Origin: Peptostreptococcaceae bacterium
GTDB lineage: Bacteria > Bacillota > Clostridia > Peptostreptococcales > Filifactoraceae
Assembly (NCBI GenBank): GCA_030532705.1
Contig: JAUNKR010000014.1
Span: 19,681 to 43,680, forward strand
Reading direction: 5' to 3'
DNA length: 24,000 nucleotides
The notes beneath the pieces were generated by a model. That model ran no database searches, had not been told where the DNA came from, and was given only the letters and a program-made list of their open reading frames with translations. Of the stretch, positions 1 through 8,291 are shown in pieces (the stretch's first letter is position 1; each line of letters begins with the position of its first letter). The position numbers and the translations under genes were made by a program.

Positions 1-1083
1 GACAAAAGTGATATCCATCTCTTTAATATTTTTTTCAAGCTCCCTAAAATCCTGTTTGCTGTAATCCAAATTGAGGATCATCGTAGCATAGATCTCAATA
101 TCATATTTCTTCAAAATAGAAACCGCTTGACGATTGGTCTCTACCGTTGTTTTTTTATTGAAATTCAAAAGGTCCTTTTTTCGAACCGATTCGATCCCGA
201 CGATCACTGCCCGAAGACCGTGGCGAGCAAGTCTTGAGATCAATTCTTCATGGTTGGCGATAAAATCAGCGCGCCCATAGACTAAAAAGCGTTTATCCAG
301 CTTTTCTTTTTCCAAAAGATCACAAAAAAGGTTCAAACGATTGGGATCGAACAAAAAATCATCATCCACGATATAGATCTCTTTTTCAGGGATCGTTTTA
401 AGCTCTTCGATGACCGACTCGATCTCACGAGCAAAATATTTTCCATCCGTCACTTCTTTACAGAAACAAAAGCTACAATCAAATGGGCATCCGAAAGATG
501 TCTTGATCAATGCACAGGGGTTATGGAACATATAATAATATCTGTCTCGGTATCGTGATACCTTCTCTCTCTTCGGCGGGTCATAAGGAAATTCCGCTTT
601 TTTCGTCCATCGAATAGTTTTGTGATAAGTTCCTTCGATGTGTTCTTCGTTATTCACTCCTAAAGAAAGTTTTGATCTATTTTCTCGCAAATGATCGACG
701 ATCCGTTTGAATGTCCCGATCGGATCCGAACAAATGATAAAGTCGATCGCATCATCTACAAAATCCTCCGGCACGACCTCTGCATGAACTCCTCCAACAA
801 CAATGACCGCATTAGGCAGTATCTTCTTGATGATCCTTGAATACTCCTTAATAACACCTACATGCGTGATATAGCCCGTTATCCCCACCACATCCGGTCG
901 ATATTTTTCAATATATACGGAAAGAGGTTTTTTTTCCAAGATCATATCCAAGATCGTGACTTCCGCCTTCTCCTCAGAAATATTGCCGGTCAAATATTCC
1001 AACTCCAGCGGTTCACATATCATTACATGCTGTAGACCGATCGTTTCTTTAGGCGGTCTCGGTCTGATCAAAAGAACCTGCAT
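1..1083 (-). CDS. Cobalamin (B12)-binding radical SAM enzyme, paralog 1; C-terminus lies beyond the left window edge
   Basis: Absent from the ORF track because it runs off the edge. My reverse-strand translation from the ATG at 1083-1081 reads MQVLLIRPRPPKETIGLQHVMICEPLELEYLTG...RPDVVGITGY...VVGGVHAEV...KTSFGCPFDCSFCFC (CX3CX2C)...IYIVDDDF and stays open to position 1 (361 codons). It is colinear with the 457-aa and 476-aa paralogs downstream in the window. An AAAGGAGAG SD-like sequence lies upstream. Confidence 0.85.
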   Translation of the reverse strand, partial: MQVLLIRPRPPKETIGLQHVMICEPLELEYLTGNISEEKAEVTILDMILEKKPLSVYIEKYRPDVVGITGYITHVGVIKEYSRIIKKILPNAVIVVGGVHAEVVPEDFVDDAIDFIICSDPIGTFKRIVDHLRENRSKLSLGVNNEEHIEGTYHKTIRWTKKAEFPYDPPKREKVSRYRDRYYYMFHNPCALIKTSFGCPFDCSFCFCKEVTDGKYFAREIESVIEELKTIPEKEIYIVDDDFLFDPNRLNLFCDLLEKEKLDKRFLVYGRADFIANHEELISRLARHGLRAVIVGIESVRKKDLLNFNKKTTVETNRQAVSILKKYDIEIYATMILNLDYSKQDFRELEKNIKEMDITFV

Positions 1084-1181
1084 CCTACTCTATTCTCTCC
1101 TTTTTAACGATCGTTGAGCACTTATGCAAAGCATTCTGTGACCGTATTCCACTTCCAAATTTTCGATTCAAAATTTTACAG

Positions 1182-1829
1182 CTATTTTCTTTCTTTTTTA
1201 CGAAATACCGTCACCAAAAGCGTCGGCATCCAAAAGCACTCCTTGAGCACATCCATTGCCAAAATCACCAGGTCCGGATCACAAAATCTGATCACCTCTC
1301 TTTTGGAAAGATATTTTGCAGATCCTGTAGTCATCTTAGTCAACGTAAATGCGATCTTATCGTAGATGCTATTTGATGAACCATGTGCCAAGATGAGCAA
1401 GCCACCCTCCCGAAGAAGACTCGTCATATCTTTGAACGCTTTTTTCTGATCTTTGTAATACGGAAGAGAGTGTGTGCACACTATGATATCGAATGCTCGA
1501 TCGATCGTAGCCAACTCGGAGACATCCTTGACGCAAAAATCCGCTTTGATCCCTTTTTTTCGTGCCACATCGATCATTCCCGGTGAATAGTCTATCCCAA
1601 GCATATGGAAATTTTTATCCTTTTTTCCATCTTGCTCAAAATATCTCTCCAGATCCTCTAACAGCTGCCCTGTCCCACAGCCGATATCCAATATATTTTT
1701 TACCTTTAGCCTGTTGTATTTTCGGATCATTTCGATCACTTTATCTCTTGTTACGCTCAGCGAATACTTTTGCATGAGCAATCGGTCATATCGGCTTGAC
1801 CAATAGTTCCAAATCTTTTTGCTTGACAT
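1182..1829 (-). CDS. Class I SAM-dependent methyltransferase
   Basis: 215 aa. It carries the methyltransferase motif I ILDIGCGTGQLLEDL, followed by an acidic loop (GIDYSPGMI) and a post-I/II pattern (FDIIVCTHSLPY). It starts 4 nt after the stop of the upstream rSAM gene. Confidence 0.85.
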   Translation of the reverse strand: MSSKKIWNYWSSRYDRLLMQKYSLSVTRDKVIEMIRKYNRLKVKNILDIGCGTGQLLEDLERYFEQDGKKDKNFHMLGIDYSPGMIDVARKKGIKADFCVKDVSELATIDRAFDIIVCTHSLPYYKDQKKAFKDMTSLLREGGLLILAHGSSNSIYDKIAFTLTKMTTGSAKYLSKREVIRFCDPDLVILAMDVLKECFWMPTLLVTVFRKKERK

Positions 1830-1833
1830 ATAC

Positions 1834-3207
1834 CTACCGATCCAAATAAATTTTACGTAGCAAATATCTGGACAACATTCTCTTAAAATATTTCAGATCC
1901 AAAAAATCGTATAGACCCGCTTTGCGTGCGCGCTTATACAGCTTTATAAACAAATCATAATAGTAGCGATAAAACTGTCTTCTGGTCAGATTTTTCGGCT
2001 CCATGACCAGATGAAGAAAATCCCAGTCTTCGATATTATCTGATGTGATCTCATCTTTGTACTCTTCATATAAGGGAGTCCCGGGGATCGGAGTAAAAAT
2101 AGATATCGTCACATGTAGTACTTCGTTACGCACGACCCAATCATAGATCCGATCAAAATCTTCTTTTTTGGCATCGACTCCTACGATCATCAATGCGATA
2201 CATTCTCCACCCGCACCATTGATATTACGTACCGCCTCTTCGTTGTTCGTCACACTGGTCTTTTTATTGTAAGCAAGCAGCTCTTTGTCACTGGTCGCTT
2301 CCAATCCCACCAAAAAATATTTAAATCCGATATCCACGAGTTCTTCAACGATCTCTTTATTTTGAGAAACAAAATCCGCCCTCGCATAACAGGTATAAGT
2401 TTTTTTGATGTCATTTTCCTTCACCAAACGGATAAATTCCCGAACTCTCTTTTTATCGACCAAAAAGTCATCATCGACGATCTGAATATTATCGACATCG
2501 ATCCCTTTCAACTCTTCGATCACCAAGTCCAGATCTCGAACTTGATAGCTCCCCTGATTTAGCAAGGTACAATAACAAAATTTGCAATCAAAAGGACAAC
2601 TGAACGATGTCTTGAGCGTTGCCATCGGAGTCATGTCCAAATATCGAAATCGATGTTTATGTTCATAAAAGAAAGTACGATCCGGTATCGGCAAGGTATT
2701 GATGTCTACACGTTCGTATGGATTTACGATCCATTGTCTGTTCTGATCTTTATAACATAGCCCATTGATCTCTTCGAATCTTTTGGAAAGCGGTCTCTTC
2801 AATCGGACATCCTCGATCATTCGGATCAGATCTACAAATCCATCGACGGACTCACTTCTTGAAATGAAGTCGATATGCTCATCATAAAATCGCTCATAAT
2901 TGAGCTGCACATGCACTCCACCGACGATCGTAACAATATCTTTCCGGAATTTTTTTGCCGCTCTAAACATATTTTTCATGACATTTTCTTGTGTCAGGTA
3001 GCCGGTGATCGCCACCACATCCGGCTCAAATCGTTTCAAGACTTTATTAAATGGTTTATTTTCACATATATAATCAAAAATGTGATCTTCGTAACCTGCC
3101 TTCATCAACCCCGTATGCAGATATTCCAGCTCTAGAGGTTCATTATCAAGCATGCCGGTAAAGCTCAATCTATTCGGTGCCGGTGGTCGTACCAAAAGCA
3201 CTTTCAT
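1834..3207 (-). CDS. Cobalamin (B12)-binding radical SAM enzyme, paralog 2
   Basis: 457 aa. The N-terminal Rossmann-like B12-binding region reads MKVLLVRPP...EPLELEYL...PDVVAITGY...IVGGVHV. The radical SAM cluster motif is SFSCPFDCKFCYC (CX3CX2C). An AAGGAG SD sits 7 nt upstream of the ATG. Confidence 0.9.
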   Translation of the reverse strand: MKVLLVRPPAPNRLSFTGMLDNEPLELEYLHTGLMKAGYEDHIFDYICENKPFNKVLKRFEPDVVAITGYLTQENVMKNMFRAAKKFRKDIVTIVGGVHVQLNYERFYDEHIDFISRSESVDGFVDLIRMIEDVRLKRPLSKRFEEINGLCYKDQNRQWIVNPYERVDINTLPIPDRTFFYEHKHRFRYLDMTPMATLKTSFSCPFDCKFCYCTLLNQGSYQVRDLDLVIEELKGIDVDNIQIVDDDFLVDKKRVREFIRLVKENDIKKTYTCYARADFVSQNKEIVEELVDIGFKYFLVGLEATSDKELLAYNKKTSVTNNEEAVRNINGAGGECIALMIVGVDAKKEDFDRIYDWVVRNEVLHVTISIFTPIPGTPLYEEYKDEITSDNIEDWDFLHLVMEPKNLTRRQFYRYYYDLFIKLYKRARKAGLYDFLDLKYFKRMLSRYLLRKIYLDR

Positions 3208-3346
3208 AATCTTACTCCTTATTCCCTTCCAAGATGATCTTTTTTCCTGCCTTCTTTACAACAAAATATCCTTCATTATACTTGTATGGATCAGTCAGAC
3301 TCTGCAAATTCAAGGAAGGACGCTTTCGTTTCTCAACAAGCCTCTC

Positions 3347-4168
3347 TTATTCAACGGGCATCAGATCGATCACAACATACTCCGGACGATTGTAAAAACG
3401 CGGGATTCTCGTTGACTCTCTGGCAAGCCCTCGACTGACGATCATCTTGCTGTTTTCAAATTCATACAAGCCCCCTGCATACTTAGGGAAAAAACCCTGA
3501 TTGGGTGCCAATAGTCCATTCAATATCTTGGGAATTCTCCACTGCCCTCCATGAGCATGTCCTGCCATAGACAGATCAAAATCTTTATAGAGCTCATATC
3601 GTTCCGGACGATGCGTCAAAAGCAGCGAAAACACTTTATCATCTATGGATCCTTTCACTGCCTTTAGCTGTTGTTGCCATATCGATTCCCCAACTTCCGG
3701 ATCATCGATCCCAAAAAGATCGATCCGTTGACCACGGATCTCTATTTCATTTTTCGTTCCCTCCAATACAGTGATCCCATAGGAGCTTACCATTGATTTC
3801 AAACGATCGAGATCATTCGTCCAGCATTCATGATTTCCCGATACATAATAACTCGGGTAATTTTTCCCCGCCCATTCTAAAAACTCCCATGCTTTCTTCT
3901 CCGGCAGATCATCATCAATAATATCTCCGGCAAGAAGTATGATGTCCGGCTTACTTTCATCGATCATACGAGTCAATCCGCTTTGTCCTTCTCCGTAATT
4001 ACAACTATGAAGGTCAGCGACCAATGCGATCCGAACAGAGCTGTCGATCCGATCATCTTTCAATGTATAATATACGGTCTTTGCTCTTTGATCCAGCCCG
4101 ATCCCTGTGAATAACACCATCGCTCCTACGATCAAGAACCATTTTTTACTTTTTTTGATTTTCTTCAT
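3347..4168 (-). CDS. Membrane-anchored calcineurin-like metallophosphoesterase
   Basis: 273 aa. It has an N-terminal basic stretch plus a TM helix (KKSKKWFLIVGAMVLFTGIGL). The metallophosphoesterase motifs occur in canonical order: ALVADLHS (DxH), LAGDIIDD (GDxxD), SGNHE (GNHE), LLTHRP and AGHAHGG (GHxH). Confidence 0.85.
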   Translation of the reverse strand: MKKIKKSKKWFLIVGAMVLFTGIGLDQRAKTVYYTLKDDRIDSSVRIALVADLHSCNYGEGQSGLTRMIDESKPDIILLAGDIIDDDLPEKKAWEFLEWAGKNYPSYYVSGNHECWTNDLDRLKSMVSSYGITVLEGTKNEIEIRGQRIDLFGIDDPEVGESIWQQQLKAVKGSIDDKVFSLLLTHRPERYELYKDFDLSMAGHAHGGQWRIPKILNGLLAPNQGFFPKYAGGLYEFENSKMIVSRGLARESTRIPRFYNRPEYVVIDLMPVE

Positions 4169-4309
4169 CCTCTTTTCTTCTCAGCTTCTTCCTTGTAACG
4201 CCCCTGAACCGATCCGGCGGATCCTTATCGATCAGAGTGACTCTTTGCCCCGATCGTTCGTACAGTAGGCAGTATAACGATCTTGGGGATATCCTGATCA
4301 TCCTCCGAT

Positions 4310-5740
4310 CTATCCAAGCGTTCTTGCATTTTGCTGCAATCTTTGTTTTATCTCTTTTTCTCTCTTACCCGCGTTCCAGAAATTTTTTATATATACAGAG
4401 ATCAAAGTATTAAAACCGAACAGCATACGGATCGTATTCCCGATCGGAAAGGCTTTGACCGTGTATTTTACGGAATGCCAATTCAAATTGACGCCAAAAG
4501 TAAATTTCAGCACTTCCCAATAATAGCTTCTCAGGCTCATCTTGGAAGGCATGATCAACACATCCCCAAAATTCCATTTATCATAGTCCGTCTCATCATA
4601 AAGCAGACGGCCCTTGTATTGCTCAAAAAGCGGTGTCAGCGGATGCGGATTGAGCGGTGAAAAAGTAAGAAGCTCGGGCTTAAGCAATTTTTTGTAGGCA
4701 TTCAGTTTTCTAAAATCCGATCTATCCCAATCCGGATGCAAAATAAACGAACCCCAGCAAGCAATCTCATTTGCACGCAAGATCTCTGTCGCTTTTAGAT
4801 TTTCGTCCACCGTTGCCGCTTTGTTATATTTTTTCAGCTGTGCATCGTCAAAACTCTCATATCCCACGATAACTGCTGTCAGTCCGTTCTTTCTTAGTCT
4901 TCTGAACAGATCCGGTTTTTCCAAAATTGAATTCACGGAACCATAGCAAATATACTCTTTATAGATCCCTTTTTCTTCCAGCAGATCACAAAATCTTTCC
5001 AATCGTTTTCGATTGATCAAAAAATCATTGTCACAGATCATGATATAAGGTTCTTCCAACGCCTGTATCTGAAGAACGATCTCGTCGATATTGATCTCTC
5101 GAAGTGTCGGGCCCTCCAACTTCCATCTCACGCAGAATTCACAGCGATTTCTGCATCCAAAGGAGGTTTGGATCACCGCACAGGGCTGAAACCCTACATA
5201 GCGGTATTCTTTCCGATATCTCCTTGTGGATTCCGTATCGGGTACGATATATTCATTAAAACAAAACTCTTTATCATTCGAAAAATCGAGCATTCGACTG
5301 TAGATCCCCTCGATCGGCTCATCAAGTATTCTCCTCTGCTCGATGGACTCCATCAGCTCTTTATAGTTCGCTCTTGTAGTAGACTTAAAAACATGATCGA
5401 CGCTCTCATCAAAAAATGAATTTGGATACACCATAGCTTGTACTCCACCTACGACAACAGTGATCGAATCATTATATCCCTTGACCGCTTTTGCAATGCC
5501 AAGAACATTCTCTACATCAGTGCATTGCGAAGTGATGCCTACTACATTCGGACTAAAGCGCTCCAGATACTCTTCCAAACGAGCATTGGTCTCGACCATA
5601 AAATCTGCAAGCAACACTTCATGCCCTTGTTCCTTCAAGATAGTAGCTACACATTCGATCCCCAAAGGCTCTCCAAATAAAAAATTTTTTACCGTTGTGA
5701 TATTTTTATTGACCCAAGGTCTGATAAGCAAAACTTTCAT
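4310..5740 (-). CDS. Cobalamin (B12)-binding radical SAM enzyme, paralog 3
   Basis: 476 aa. The N-terminal region reads MKVLLIRPW...EPLGIECV...PNVVGITSQ...VVGGVQA. The radical SAM motif is SFGCRNRCEFCVRW (CX3CX2C). A GGGAAGGGA SD directly precedes the ATG. Confidence 0.9.
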   Translation of the reverse strand: MKVLLIRPWVNKNITTVKNFLFGEPLGIECVATILKEQGHEVLLADFMVETNARLEEYLERFSPNVVGITSQCTDVENVLGIAKAVKGYNDSITVVVGGVQAMVYPNSFFDESVDHVFKSTTRANYKELMESIEQRRILDEPIEGIYSRMLDFSNDKEFCFNEYIVPDTESTRRYRKEYRYVGFQPCAVIQTSFGCRNRCEFCVRWKLEGPTLREINIDEIVLQIQALEEPYIMICDNDFLINRKRLERFCDLLEEKGIYKEYICYGSVNSILEKPDLFRRLRKNGLTAVIVGYESFDDAQLKKYNKAATVDENLKATEILRANEIACWGSFILHPDWDRSDFRKLNAYKKLLKPELLTFSPLNPHPLTPLFEQYKGRLLYDETDYDKWNFGDVLIMPSKMSLRSYYWEVLKFTFGVNLNWHSVKYTVKAFPIGNTIRMLFGFNTLISVYIKNFWNAGKREKEIKQRLQQNARTLG

Positions 5741-5871
5741 ATTCCCTTCCCTTATCTCAGATCTGCTCCATTTATACCAAAATAGAAACTTTTAGAATCC
5801 TATTCTATCATAGGACCTTATGATTTTTGCGGTTTTTTTGTAGTATCATAATCGATCGCATTCGCTCTGTT

Positions 5872-6870
5872 TCAAAAATCAAATCCCTGCTCGAAGTCCA
5901 CTCCCTGATTTTTCATGCAATACATTTGTTTTTGAAGACCGCGATGCTCCACATAGCTCACGATCTTTCTCAGCAAAAGATCCGGAATATATCGACTGCC
6001 AATATGTAAATACAGTTCTTTCGGATTTGCTCCGACTCTACATTTTGAATATTCCGTCGTTTGTCCAAGCAAGATCTTTTTCTTTCCCTGTCCAAGCGAA
6101 AGGATCTTAAGAAGAATGTTGATATAGAGATCATAAAACTTATTTTGCGTATGATCAAAACCGCAAAACAAAAAAATCAATTCCTCTTCGATCTCTTTCG
6201 TTTGAAAAAATGCGAGTACCTTCCCACCCTTTGTCCTCACACGATATAGATCGGCATCACATTTTTGAAAAAAATCAATGTTCAGTTTTTCCAATTTGCC
6301 TTCCGACCTTTCATGAACTTCTTCATACAAACGATATAGCTCTTCATCAAAGCAACTTGGATCGATCTTCTCAAAAGAAAGTGTCTTCCCCTTTTGGATC
6401 GCCTTGTTGATACGATAGCGATAATGACTGCGCATTTGCAAGATATGCTTATCCAAAGACTCCACCACCACTTCAAAAGATGGCAAGGTCCTTCCTTTTG
6501 GCAGATCCAATTCTCCATCGCTATTGAGAACAAGAATGCCCCCGAATTTTTTCAAGTATCTCGACAGCTCCCCGACTCCCTCTTTGGACGAACAATAACC
6601 CGGACAGGCGATCGATAATGGGATCCCCGCGATCATGATCGGCATTTTAACGCAGAAGGCTTTAGTGAATGTAAAAACATCCAGCCACAAACGATAGGTC
6701 ACCAAAAGGATCCCTGCGCTTTCATTCAAATGGTAGCGCTGATCACAAGGATTTACCTTTTCCAAAAATGACAGAAAAGATCTTTTCTGAAATGGATGAT
6801 CTGCGATCTGGTCCCAAGCTAAAGGCAATTCCTCCGCCTTATCATAAATTCGAAATTTTTTTGCCATCAT
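5872..6870 (-). CDS. FemAB-like / BioF2-like GNAT-fold acyltransferase family protein (weak family call)
   Basis: 332 aa. The N-terminal WDQIADHPFQKRSFLSFLEK, the mid-protein MRSHYRYRINKAIQKG and the C-terminal LGQTTEYSKCRVGANP resemble the DUF482 / Acetyltransf_6 (FemAB-like) pattern. Its ATG overlaps the upstream gene stop (ATGA at 6867-6870). Confidence 0.5.
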   Translation of the reverse strand: MMAKKFRIYDKAEELPLAWDQIADHPFQKRSFLSFLEKVNPCDQRYHLNESAGILLVTYRLWLDVFTFTKAFCVKMPIMIAGIPLSIACPGYCSSKEGVGELSRYLKKFGGILVLNSDGELDLPKGRTLPSFEVVVESLDKHILQMRSHYRYRINKAIQKGKTLSFEKIDPSCFDEELYRLYEEVHERSEGKLEKLNIDFFQKCDADLYRVRTKGGKVLAFFQTKEIEEELIFLFCGFDHTQNKFYDLYINILLKILSLGQGKKKILLGQTTEYSKCRVGANPKELYLHIGSRYIPDLLLRKIVSYVEHRGLQKQMYCMKNQGVDFEQGFDF

Positions 6871-8012
6871 AGATCGATCTCAAACACTTTATAAAGTGTT
6901 TTCTTCTCTTCTAAAAATTTTGAAGTCAAATTTCTGGATCCTGCATTTCCTTCTAGGATCCACCCTGACTCGATATAACGATACCGTTCCTTATTCAATT
7001 CGTAACAATGCTTCAAAAGCGCATAGATCGCTCCTGTCCTCTGATACTCTGGGATGACTCCAAACTCGGTCAACTTGATCGTGTCTATGCTTCGAGGAAA
7101 CAGCCTGCTTTTGATAAAAGAACATGGTCCCAGCTCCTGTCCTCTTTTGATCAATTGGTTGAAATCCGGATACCACAAAATAAATGCGATCGGTTTTTGA
7201 TCTTTATACGCAAATAAAATATTTTCAGGTTTCAAAAATAATTTGTACTCATTAAAAAGTTCAATATCCTCGTCTTCTCTACTCTCATAATAGTATTCAT
7301 GGTCCGAAAAGGCTTGATTATTGATCTGTCCGTAAATCCGGGCAACCTTTTCGATATTCCTAAAATCTGCATATCGGATCTCAAATCGATTTAGTCGCTC
7401 CTGCATCCCTTCCGAAAGTTTCAGATCCAGATCTGCGACCCTCCCTTTATAGCTCATCAGTCGGTTTACCTTTGATGCCCAAGGTTCGATATGGTCGATA
7501 TAGTATTTTGGATTATAGGCACTTCCTATACTTTGCATCTCTTCAAAGCCGGAAGCCAACATCCCCAGCCCATAGTTCACATGAAAATTCATCCCTATCA
7601 GAAGCTTGGAGATCCCTTTCTTCTTTGCAACAACCTCTGAATAGTTTAGGATCGCTTCGATTATTCGAGGATCATCTTTCATCTCAAGAAATGATATCTG
7701 CAAAATGTTGCTCATTCGATCGATGATACCCAAAAAAGCGCTTCCGACCACCTCATTCTCCCGCTCTACGATAATAGGTATGATCTCTGAGCTTTTTTGG
7801 ATCTGCATTTTTCGTTGCAAAAGAGATTTGATCGTCCTCGTTTGATTATCTCTATAATAAGGGTTCCCTTGATAAATCTTTTTTCTAAAATGTATGATCG
7901 ATGAAACATCAGATTTGTCTGCAAGGCGGACTCGGATATTCCTTTCTTTTCGGATCATTGTTTGCCATCTCCCTAATGTTAGATTACTGTCACTGCGTTT
8001 TAGGATCTTCAT
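6867..8012 (-). CDS. GNAT-family N-acyltransferase, long two-lobed form (YghO-like)
   Basis: 381 aa. It has the GNAT-like acyl-CoA binding segment FGVIPEYQRTGAIYALL and the terminal ESGWILEGNAGSRNL motif. It is the first gene of the operon. The start is ambiguous: the ATG at 8012 has a weak SD, while the internal ATG at 7958 (MIRKERNIRVRLADKSD) is preceded by GGGAGA 9 nt upstream and may be the real start. Confidence 0.6.
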   Translation of the reverse strand: MKILKRSDSNLTLGRWQTMIRKERNIRVRLADKSDVSSIIHFRKKIYQGNPYYRDNQTRTIKSLLQRKMQIQKSSEIIPIIVERENEVVGSAFLGIIDRMSNILQISFLEMKDDPRIIEAILNYSEVVAKKKGISKLLIGMNFHVNYGLGMLASGFEEMQSIGSAYNPKYYIDHIEPWASKVNRLMSYKGRVADLDLKLSEGMQERLNRFEIRYADFRNIEKVARIYGQINNQAFSDHEYYYESREDEDIELFNEYKLFLKPENILFAYKDQKPIAFILWYPDFNQLIKRGQELGPCSFIKSRLFPRSIDTIKLTEFGVIPEYQRTGAIYALLKHCYELNKERYRYIESGWILEGNAGSRNLTSKFLEEKKTLYKVFEIDL

Positions 8013-8098
8013 GCACCCATTCGATCGAAGGAATTTTTCTTTCGCTTGACAAGCTCACAGAAGATCTCAAGACAGGAAGCCTAGTTTGATCTGTTTCT

Positions 8099-8127
8099 AT
8101 TATAAAGGAGAAAGCACTCTAAGTCTA
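8099..8127 (-). promoter_or_regulatory. Sigma-A-type promoter candidate for the rSAM/GNAT operon
   Basis: On the minus strand: -35 TAGACT (8127-8122), a 17-nt spacer, then a perfect -10 TATAAT (8104-8099). It lies about 85 nt upstream of the ATG at 8012 and downstream of the preceding operon terminator. Confidence 0.4.
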
Positions 8128-8256
8128 TAAATCCCCTCTATTTATTTCCGGAGAGTTAGGTATCATTCCTAGTGTTTTGAGTTTTCTTCCCCCGACAAAA
8201 TACTTCACGAGCTGCGAATACATTTTGTCATTTGCATTTATGAGGTCCGGATCTTA

Positions 8257-8291
8257 GCAAAAATAAAAGCGCCCCTTAATAAAAGAAGCGC
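8257..8291 (-). terminator. Rho-independent terminator of the 9156-10472 / 8447-9175 operon
   Basis: On the minus strand: GCGCTTCTT-TTATT-AAGGGGCGC (9-bp stem including two G-U pairs, 5-nt loop), followed by TTTTATTTTTG. Confidence 0.6.

Noticed and set aside
4146-4301. A 51-aa ATG ORF (MIRISPRSLYCLLYERSGQRV...) spanning the spacer and overlapping the phosphoesterase start.
   Set aside because: The GGAGG directly abuts the ATG (spacing 0). The ORF overlaps the real gene start out of frame. Its basic, low-complexity tail looks like frame-shifted translation of the SD/start region.
5771-5799. A possible internal promoter (extended -10 TGgTATAAA, minus strand) upstream of rSAM3.
   Set aside because: There is no acceptable -35 (GATTCT), and the -10 lies only about 30 nt from the ATG. 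I keep it as a possibility only and do not list it as a feature.
8013-8098. A possible cobalamin or SAM riboswitch in the leader of the B12/SAM-dependent operon.
   Set aside because: The leader is only about 85 nt. I see neither the B12-box-type conserved core nor the SAM-I kink-turn/junction consensus. A covariance-model scan would be needed to exclude a riboswitch formally.
8113-8119. AGCACTC, which resembles a CIRCE half-site.
   Set aside because: No partner GAGTGCTAA lies 9 nt away. It sits in the spacer of the predicted promoter of a non-chaperone operon, so it is a chance match.
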